Shown here piece by piece: positions 46,701-56,597 of a stretch of DNA of 64,000 bases. This DNA is from Peribolospora baueri (lineage: Eukaryota): NCBI GenBank assembly GCA_029717555.1, contig JAMDHS010000035.1, positions 1 to 64,000 of the forward strand, in the 5' to 3' direction. Numbering within the stretch: the first letter of the stretch is position 1; each line of letters starts with the position of its first letter. The notes under the pieces were generated by a model. That model did no database searches, was not told the origin of the DNA, and saw nothing but the letters and a program-made list of their open reading frames with translations. The position numbers were made by a program, and so were the translations under genes.

Positions 46701-49700
46701 CGCCGGCGAGCAAGCCCCGCGCCAGGGCCGGCTCTCCGTCGTCTCTCTCCACCTCCTCCCACGGCCATCACGGCCCTGGTCCCCAACCCGCGCGTCCCCA
46801 ATCTCGCCAGCGCGCCTCGCCCTCGCCCTCCCCGTCCCCTCGACGCCACAACAACAACGCGCAGCAACGCCCAGGGAGCAGAGGCTCGGTTCGCGAGAGC
46901 GTCGCCTTTGGTCCCGACAGGGAGCGCGAGCTCATCTCCGTCGCCGATCCCGGTCCATTCGAGAACCTGGTCGAATGGGGACCGGGAGGCCCTGATCCGA
47001 ACCAGAACGATCAAGATCATGACGCCGAGTCCGACTCTGAGATCCTCAGCGACGAGCCTCTCGGCGTCAAGAGCACGCCCGTCCACCGAAGCAGGCGTGC
47101 CGTCCCTGCTTCCGCCGCCACCGCCACCGCGGGAGGGAGCGGCGATGGAGATGGCAGCGACTTGGAGAAGAGACTCGGCTCCGGTCCATCCGGGTCCTCC
47201 TCCGGCTCCCTCTCTTCCGCCATCCCCTCTTCTCCGGAGCTCCTCTCCCGCGGCCGCATGCCTCTACGCGACGACCCTTCTTCCGCCGATAACAAGCAGC
47301 AGCAGCAGCAGCACCACCAGCAACAGGCCGGCGGCGACAAGGACGGCTTGGCGCCGCCGGTGGCGATGGAAGCCGAAGGCAGTTGGAGCCGCCGTCGGAA
47401 GAGCGTCGTCGGCGAGGCACGCACCAAGGAGCAGATCGATACGGAGCGGCTCGTGGCGGTGGCTATCGAGAGAGCAGAAAATAACGATTTTAGCCTGGCT
47501 TGCATCGGTGCCGTCAAGGCTGGAAAGAGCGCGTTCGTCAACGGTGGGTACCGCCGTGGACCGTCCGTCTGTTTTTCAGAACGAAGCTGACCGTCCGTAT
47601 TCTCCTTGCGTGTTCTCGTCCCTTCAGCTTTTGTCGGTCAGGTCATTTTGCCTTCCCGAAGTGAGTGCGCCTCCTTTTTTTCCGCCTCATCCACCGCTTC
47701 TTCTCACCGTCTCCCTCCCCGCTCGTTTCGCCAGACCGCTCCGCCACGGCTTGGCCCACGCGAATCCGACACAAGGCAGGCCAGATCGAGCCAAAGTTGA
47801 CGTTCAACGCGGCCCTCTTCAACTCGGCCATCGAGAAGATGCGAGCTCTGCGATTGGCCGAGCGCATGGATGCTTTCAAGCCTGACGAGGGTAATGAGAC
47901 CGTGTGGAAGTTTAACGAAGATGACTTTTTTGGAGATTCTACCATGGCGGTCGACAATGACGCGAAGAACGACATACCACACGACGTCCCCGAGAGTTCG
48001 TCGCCGGCCAAGCCCAAGGCCGACGCCGTCCCGTCGGCACAAGAAACCGCCGCGGCGCTTTCGGAGGCTGCACAGATCACCCTTGATGAGATGAAGGACG
48101 ACAGCGCGTTACCGTACCTTCGGGCCGGGTGGGAGAACCTCGAGCCGGCGAGCCAGGACAACATCCGAGAGATGGAGAAGGTCACGTTCCGACTGGAGAG
48201 TCCCATGGAAGGCCAAGAGGAGTGTACGAAAGTGCTGGACTACATCTCCGACATGGTCCGCGTTTCCGTCCGTTTCGGCCTCGGCCTGACGAACGAGATT
48301 GACGAGTTTCCGCTGCTCGAGATCGAGTTCCGCACGCTGCGAGATTACAAGATGCATGGTCACTTTGAGATCATCGACACACCCGGCATTGGAGAACACG
48401 AAGTCGACCTCGCGCCCGTGGTCAAAAAGGCCCTCCAGCAGGCCGACGAGGTGTGCCCAATCATCTCGCTCACTCAGATCGACCAGCCGACGTGGCGGAT
48501 GCTGCCCTCGATCATCGCCGCGTCGATCAGGTCTCCCCCCGAGGTGGTCGTCACCACACATGCCGACGCCGACGAGAGCTATGGGAAATCGTTGGACGCG
48601 CGTCGCAAGGCCATGGCCAACATTGCCCGCAACATTGGCCGGACGTTTTGGAAGGATGCGCCGGAAAAGCTGGAGGAGAAGAGTATCGCCGAGCGTATCC
48701 TCTTTGTCAGCTCTGAGATGGGCCTTCAGGCAGGCACCCTCCTCAGGAGGCTCCGCCAGGCCAACCCGGACCTTCCCAAGATTACGGGCGAGAACACGCC
48801 GGAGATTGAGTGTCTGAAGCGCATCTTTGGCATGCGGTGGGAGAAGTTGTACAAGAGGACCGACGCGGAGGAGCTCGAGACGCTCATCGAGGAGGACCTC
48901 GAGCCCACCGGTCTCACCTACGCTCTTCAGTATCTTGTCCATCACCTCGGCGATCAGGCGAGGAGACGCTTGCTTCGTTCTTACAACGAGCACGTCCGAG
49001 CCAAGCTCAGGCACATCGAAGTGGATTTCACGTACGTATCCTCGGCGGCGGCGGCGGCGTTTCGGTCGCTTCCAGTTCTTGATGGTCGCTAACCTCCTCT
49101 TCCCTTCTCCGTTCGTGTCCGCAGTCGCACCCTCGAGTTGCTTCACCAGAACGAGGTGCATTTCGAGGAACTCCAAGCGCAATCCGAAAAGGCTTGCGCC
49201 GCCACTCGAAGCGCCCTCCTCGCGGCCGACGGAGCGCACGCGCGCTCTTGGACTAGCGACTACGCCAAGCTGGATGGCGTCCTCGTCGCTTTCACCTCTC
49301 ACGTCGACAAGATCGTGCAGGGTGTTCTCGATCGTGTGAGTGGCTCCCGTTTTCGCATGGCATCGATCCCACGCGGCCCCTGACCTGACCCTCGTCCCTA
49401 TCTCGTCGCCCCCCTCTCGTCCCGGCAGGCTGGCTTCGAGCTCGTGGGCAAGGCCGAGTCGTCTCGGATCGGCTTCCGACACGAATGGCGCGGACGCCAA
49501 GTGCGCGCCTTTGACTCATCCACGGCAGCCATGGCGTTCGTGCACAAGATGCAGCAGGCCGTCGACTTTGGCTTGTCCAGGCTCCGCGACATGACGTTGC
49601 AGAAGCTCCAGGCGGAGTACACGTCCATCGTGAAGAGGCGCACCGAGCACCTCGTGCAGACCCTCCGCGACCTCGGGCCTGTCGTCGAGCAGGAGATGAT

Positions 49701-50299
49701 CAACGACGCCATCGGACACCTCTTGGAGCGAATGAACCCGGCCGTGGAGGACTTGCCGGACACTGAAGCCGCCGAGACCGAGATCGCCAACTTCCGGTAC
49801 AGCACCGCTGGTAAGTTCCCTCCTCCTCCTCCTCCCTCGTTGTCTGAGATTACCTCCGTCGGACGACGACGACAACGACGTCGACGAGGCTGACGATTCA
49901 CTCGCCTTTTCAGGATACAACCTCGTCGGCATTCCTTACATTGGCGCGCCCCTGTCGTTCCTCCTCTCTATCCCCTACGGCATCTGGCTGCCGAAGGAGA
50001 AATTCTTCATCGTCGACAAGTCCCGCCTTGGCACCTCGCTCCAAGGCTCCAACGTCAAACCGATCATCGCCTTCAAGGAAGCGGCGCGAGAGGCGTTTGT
50101 CAGCGCCATCGTCGCTCACTCCGAGGCTTCCAAGGCGGCCATTCGGGATCTTGTCGAGAGAGAGGAAGTCCGGTTCCGCCAGGTCAAGCGGCAGAGGGAG
50201 GGCTTGAAGAACGACCGGACGACGACTGCCACCACCGTCGAGGCCGTCCTCGGTCTGGCAGCTTCGAGAGGCGCTCTGCTGACGTGCTCTAGGACCTAG
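43749..50299 (+). CDS. Dynamin-like GTPase of bacterial CrfC/YjdA type with ~1,200-aa N-terminal extension (about 1,999 aa, 7 exons)
   Basis: Exons 43749-45079, 45184-47543, 47628-47660, 47735-49031, 49125-49335, 49429-49810 and 49914-50299 total 6,000 nt with all phases consistent. G1 is GAVKAGKS, the G2 region is LPSRNRSATAWPTRIRH, G3 is IIDTPG, the G4 position reads TTHAD, then ILFVSS. Confidence 0.85.
45413..45520 (+). repeat. Coding CAT/CAG/CAA repeat (poly-His/poly-Gln tract)
   Basis: Encodes HHRHHHHQEQQQKQQQQHQQQQHHQQQQHHQQQQRQ. Confidence 0.9.
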
Positions 50300-51600
50300 T
50301 TCCTTTCCCCCTTTTTTTTTTTTTTTTTCCTTCCTTTTCTTCGATTTTTTTTGGATTGCTCGTCGCCTCCAATGGTCGGCGTACATGCGCTCACTCGTCG
50401 ATCGGATCGTTCGCCTTCGTCTACTCTCACACTACCCTACCTTATCCTGTCCGCTTTGGTTTCGCTTTGCCATCTTTTCTTTTTTTTTGTTCATACGCGC
50501 GGGCGCATACCACTGCCATGCTGCGACCTGTCTCACTCCCTTCTAGGCCCTCGTCCCGTCTCTTACTCTTGGAAACCGTCGGAATTCCCGCCTCACCGTT
50601 GAATAGAAGCTTGGTTGTGGTCGGTCCGACCGCCTTGCTGCGCATGTGTAAGCCAGCTCGAAAGCCCATCCTTACACGTCTCTCGATCCTCTTCCCGAGC
50701 GGAGAAGACTCGCGGACGTTTTAACGATGCTTCTATGTGGATGCGATGCGACCGCGTTCCTTACATGTTCCATGGTTGCAGCAGACCAGCTTCTTCAAGA
50801 TGTCTTCTTTCGTCGAGAGTGAAGCCTACGTATGAGGAGACGGTGGCTAAAGAGCAGGCGGGGGGACGGTTAAGCCGATGGCAAGTTTCCTGGGAGGTCA
50901 GCGTCCAAACAAGAACGGCTCGGGCGAACGTGCGCGCTCCCCAGGCGTCCTTTGCACCTGTGCTGCTCCGCTAGGATCAATCAATCCTACGCATTCACGC
51001 ACCAATCTCGGTTATTTGCCCTCTCGTACTTGACGAATTCTGCTTCCACTCTGAGACGACCGAAAGTAAGAAGGAAGGATGAGGACGATTCGGAGGGCTC
51101 GCTCGGGCTGCCACCGAAGCCTAAGCGACGAGTCGAATCCCCGACGGACAGTCACCCGACGCCAAATACTGACGGATTCCAGTCTTTGTCAGCCTCGCCA
51201 CGGGCCACCATGAAAGAGCGCGCCAAGCTCAAGAGCGCGAAGGTGGTGGTAGCACGGGCCGGAGGGGACGGGAATTCGAGCAATGCCCCCAGATTCCCAA
51301 AGGAACAATGGTGTGGGCAAGAAGACGATGTAGACTTGAGAGAGATGAGCTAAGAAAAGAAACTTCCAAGGGGGCGATGATGAGTATCCACGTCACTCGA
51401 ACAAGGGAGACAGAAAAGCAAATATGCTCTGCTCATGCTGCAGCTTCTCTAGAGGGCATGCCAGCTAACAGGAAGGGGAAGAGCACGTGAAAAACTTGCT
51501 CGGACGCTGGGTACATTGGCGGCACCAGCTTGAATTCACTCCGTTGAAGGACCACGTGTGGGTATGTACAAGGTGTTCAAACGCTAACGATTCCGGCGGC

Positions 51601-52691
51601 TCAGATAGGCTTGATCTTGAAGTGGAGGGAGATCAGGGAGAAGATCAAGCACTAGGCGAATCGAAAGCAAGAACCCATTGGGGTCAGCGATCACAGCGAG
51701 CGCTCGTCCTGCATCGGTCCACGCCATAACGAACCTTCAGGTCCTGCACGAGATAGTAGAACACTCGCAAGCCCTCGGGATCGTTGCTGTCTTGTACATC
51801 GACGAGTGAGCCGATCTTGGCCGTCTGGGGTCGTGACAGGGAAAAAGGACGAGTTGAACATGGTTGCTGCCATCAGTCAAGTCGTGTTCTCCATCGCCAT
51901 GGCGAGCTAGCGTTCACAAGTCCATCATCACTTCTTCGCGTTGGGGATAATCCAGGGTCGGTTCACAAACTCACTTCAAAGCTAATGTGTTCGTTGCCCA
52001 ACCGAACCTCCAGCTCTTGTCGCCCTACGATGTTCTTCTTCGGCCAGTTCGTGTCGTCTTCTCTGTAAGAGGTCAATGACGGTTGCAATTGCAAACGGCG
52101 GCCGAGCAGGGGATGAGTTCACAGATCGAAGGGGACGAAAGGTGGGTGTAAACGACACTCCACTGGGGTGACATGGAAAAAGATCAATCCGCGAAAGAAA
52201 GCACACGCACTTCATGATCTCGCTCTCCTCGACTATCCGCTTGAGCTCGGACACCATCAGCGGAGAAACCCACACTGGAAGGAAGTATCAAAAAGAGCAT
52301 TGCCATCAGCATCATTGAGGCTCCCCCACGTACAGGCACGCTCCCAAGACCGGCTGGTTTTTGTTTCCAACTCCCGTCAAGGGCGTGCGTCGGCCACAGG
52401 ATACTCACTCTCCTTCCGAATCAGGCTGTCGTTACGGTAGTTAGAGTTGTTCGCATAGCGAAGCCGACCGTGCGAGTACTCGAACTCGAGGAACTCGTGT
52501 CCGTGCTTGCCCTGGTGGCCGGTGCTGGGGACAGGTATCGGATCGGCGACGCCGTGGTCAGCAGGACAGCCAAACGAGGCGGGAGGAGGAACCGGACGAA
52601 ATTCCTCTTCGTCCGGCAATCAAAGCAGAGCAAGAAGCGCAACCCTGTTCCAAGCGCGCACTCACTAATATCGTACGTAAAAGTCGGACAT
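51601..52691 (-). CDS. MAGO: Mago nashi, exon junction complex core subunit, multi-exon
   Basis: [47 protein letters not shown]...[20 protein letters not shown]...[63 protein letters not shown]. Confidence 0.96.
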
Positions 52692-52991
52692 GGCTACTCG
52701 TCGTTCCTTCCGAGGGACTTGGATGGCGGCGAGCGTTATAGTTACATGCAAGACGTCGACGTTCGACCGTAGCTTCGCGCGGGGGATTCGCGATCGACGG
52801 CCTGCGGACCGCGAGAACTAAGTGCAAATTAGGGTTACACGATACTCAACTGCCATTGTCCTTCTTTCTACGGGTCCCAAAGCAAAAGGAGACGCCCGCT
52901 GGCCATCGCACGGAGTCACCGGCGTGATTGGAACTCGTTGGTGGATGAAAGGGTACCTAACAGACAAACCAATTCCATTCGAGCCCAAAAT

Positions 52992-55372
52992 CTAATAAGC
53001 CTCCTTGGTGTCGAACAGAATCTCCTCCGTCAGTCGGAACGTCAAGCAGTACATGTCCTTGTTCGGAGCCACACTCCGGACCAGGTGCAATTTCAGCTCC
53101 GCGGTCTCGGGCCGCAAAGCTTGGGCTGGTGACAGACCCAGCGAGGCGGAGGCGCGCTGAAAGAAGAGGCATCGAGAGGGAGGACAAGATGTCGGGGCAG
53201 AATGGTTCAGACTTGCGGCTCTCATACCCTCGCGATCGGACAAACTCACCTGACAAATATCATCATGTGGAGTCTGCAAATCCTTGGTAAAGCAGTGCAC
53301 GTGCACCAACGGAAACCGGTTCCCCTTTTCCTTCTCCTTCCTCCTCAGCTCCTCCTCGACAAGCTCTTTCCCAAACTCCTCCACCAGAGGCTTATAAGCG
53401 CCCCGGAACGCGTCCAGGAACTCCAAGGCCGAGGCGGGCAAGTTCATCACGAAATGGTCCACCAAACGCCGAGCCGGCCCTCTCCGCTCCGGAGGTTTGG
53501 GTGCCTCGCGCTCAGCCTCGGCGGCCAGCTGAAAGAGCTTCGGGTCTTGGTGACCGAGCTTATCCGCTTTTTCTCGGAGACGGCGGGCGTGCTCGAGCTT
53601 GGAGCGTTCCCTAGAGTTGAGAGGTCGTTCGCCACCCGGCCAGGGCGAGCCGTCACAGGTCAAAGGCGGGCCTGGGTAGGGCTCTCGAAAGGTCGAGGCG
53701 ATAGCTTGGCGGATATGTTCTCGGCCGTCGAGGTTCGTCGGTCGGATATGTGTGGATACCTACGAAGCGATCCATGCGTGAAATCATCAGCGGGGCTCCC
53801 GCGTGGTAGCCGAGCGAACGTCACCCTACTTGGGCTCGGCTGGAATTTACCTTATTTCTCCGCATATTGTCCAACAAGCTCTCCCAGCTGCTCTTATTAA
53901 GGTCGTTAGCTGCCACCCAGCAGCCGTTCTTGGCGGCCGGAAGAGCGAAAGGGCCCACACCGGCCATGACGTCGGCGACGACCTCTCCGGGCTGGAAAAG
54001 CGAAACCAATCGGGCGTGCTCGGTGTGAAGACGCGAGTTCCAATAGACGGTGCGGAAGTCGAAAGTGAAAACGCAGCCTGACTCGGCCTACGCGAAGAGC
54101 GCGCACGGAGGGTGCGAGACGGTCAGGAGACGTCCCCAAGCAGGCAAAGTTCGAATGGATAAAAGAGGACGGAGGCTCACGACTTCGGCGATATAGTCAT
54201 CATCCCCGGCCAGCCGCTCCATCTTGAAGAAGCGAAACTCGTTATCGATAGTGTCAAGCTTGTTGACTACCGTCCGAATCGATTTGTTCTTCTGCATATC
54301 GGTTATCGGTGGTCAACGGGAGGCACAAGAATTTGGCATTGTTCTCAACAGCGGGGTTCCGTGAGGAGAGCCTCTTCGATGGCATGTCGACTCACGTCTA
54401 GCACGACTTGCCCGATCAAGTAGCGATAAGGCAAATACTTTTCACGAAGATTCATGTGCGCAATGTGACCGACGACGGAGAAGGACGTCGGCGACTCGTC
54501 TGTCAGGTCGGACGGGAGTATGGCTTGGAGGACGTCATCTGTAGAGCGAGGGCAGGCAAGGCCCGTAAGTCCTGACACGTCGGCTATGCCACGGGTCGTC
54601 CTATGGTGCAACGGCAAACTCACCTGTGGACCAATGATTATATCCGAGCTCGAAGACGTGCGGAAGGACGGTGAAATGTTGTTGCCGGACCAAAGATTCC
54701 AAGTCCTCCGGCAGGTCCTCTAAAAATCCGGTGGTGCACGCAAGGATACCGACAGAGACGGCACAACGACGGACACATGAGTCAGCACGATATGGGGCAA
54801 GGCAGTACGTCGGCCTCAATCCGGGATCTTGGAGCTCACCGGGATCTTCATATCTGAGGACCAGGAGCCGATGGGCATTTGAGCCGGAGGGGTCAGGAGC
54901 GATCACGCCGACTCTTGGCTCGTCAAGCAGGTGTCTGTAGCAAGAGGAAACAAAAACGCCACAAGCGGTAAGGAGGAGCGTAGTCAGATGTGGGACGTGG
55001 CGATGTAGAACGGCGAGGCGCTGCACTCACTCACTCCTTCAGCTTTCCTGACCTGCGCCAGCTGCCCGCCTGGCTGGCCGTCATGCGCAGGGCCGCTCTC
55101 TTTACGGAGAGCTTGAAAGCTCCGTGGCTAAGAGCAGAGGCGGGGATTGCGTGCTCACCCTGCCCTCCCGCCGAGTCGTCTCTTCCAGGGAAGGAGGGGC
55201 CCGGGAGGTGAACGGGTGGCAGCGTCAACATGGTCGAGGGAGGCTTGGACGGCGTCGCTGTCGCCGTGCTCGAGCTCATGCCAAATGAACGGAGCAAAAA
55301 ATAAGGGCCTGTCCTCTGCCAGGCGTGTGTTCGTCGTAGAAGAGGAAACACTAGAGGGAAGAAGGCTTGCAT
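52992..55372 (-). CDS. TRM5: tRNA (guanine-37 N1)-methyltransferase Trm5, multi-exon
   Basis: [10 protein letters not shown]...[36 protein letters not shown]...[16 protein letters not shown]...[15 protein letters not shown]...ANDLN...[17 protein letters not shown]...[17 protein letters not shown]. The start is uncertain (in-frame ATGs at 55483, 55372 and 55279). Confidence 0.93.
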
Positions 55373-56597
55373 GCCATGCTCGACGTCGTGACGAGCCGGA
55401 CCAAGACGATGGACGTGCGCACTCGAAGTCGCCTTCTGAAAGTGCTGCGGCACTGCGGCACGGAAGCGTCTGCACGTTATCATCCCTCCCACACCCTTCG
55501 GACGTCGACCATTCCTTAAAGGGAAGAGGGGGAGCACGATAGCCCAAAGCGTCGGCCGTCCGTCACCTCGTCCCCGATGTCATCGACCTCTCTCAACCCT
55601 CGGCGAGCTGTGGGTGGAAGCGCCGATGAATTTTGCCGGGGGCTCTCGGTGACGAGTGTGGCCTGTGAAGGAGATGGACGAGAGAGAGAAACTGCGCGTC
55701 ATCCTGGTCTCATCATAATCCTAATCCTTGCCTCTCCCTCCCAACCGCCATGCGTCGACCAGATTCGTCATCCTTGGCCCTTTTCCGGGCTCGACAACGG
55801 TACCAGGTGCTGCTGCCGTGAATGGAAAGCGCTGATCGCTTCGCCGCTCCATCTCGCCCCTCTGAGCCGTTTATGACCCGCTGACACAATCCACTCCGAC
55901 AAGCATAAGGCGCACGCTCCGCGCTCCGTGACCGACTGGCAAGGCGGGCGGGCAAGAACGATATCGGAATTAGGAAGTGATCGTCGTGGAAGACGAACTG
56001 AATACACGTTTGACCGAGGACCCGTAGACGTCTCCTTTCGAGGCCGAGGGTCGGGTCGAGAGCTTTGTTTGCTCTGATCGCACCAGACAGACAGTGACTG
56101 CACCCGCCACGTTTCCTTCGCACGCTATCAATGGGTGAAAATTCGGGCGAAACGAGAAGCGGAGAAGGGGATATGAATGAAATACGAGACCGAGAACGAC
56201 GGTGTCACACGGGGTGGGAGGGGAACAGGGCAAAGTGAGATGGGAGACGAGGAAGAGGTAAGAAAGAAAACGGACGGAAGCGGGGAAGAACGGAACGAGG
56301 AAATGCGCCTGGGCGTGTAGCGAGGAAGATGGCGGCAGCGGGAGGAAAGAAAGGGTTGGATGGAAGGGAATGAGCAAACGGCAACGCACAAGCGACAAAG
56401 GCGAGGCGAAAGACGTGGGCAAAGGAGAGAACAAGAGCGAAAGCGAAGAGAGGAGGGCGAGAGGACAAGAACAGGGAGGGGTGGGTGAGTGGAAAATGGA
56501 GCGCTCCAATCGAGATGGTGGATGGCAAATGGATGGAAAAAAAAAAGAGCTGAAGGCAGGCATGACCGACGAGCCGAAAGCACGAACCGGTGGGGCC

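Noticed and set aside
48109..49500. 463-aa minus-strand ORF antisense to the GTPase gene
   Set aside because: Antisense shadow of a GC-biased exon; no domain or splice support.
50600..51353. Short plus-strand ORFs between the GTPase gene and mago nashi
   Set aside because: Could be a small or remnant gene, but I found no recognisable domain, clear start or consistent exon chain.
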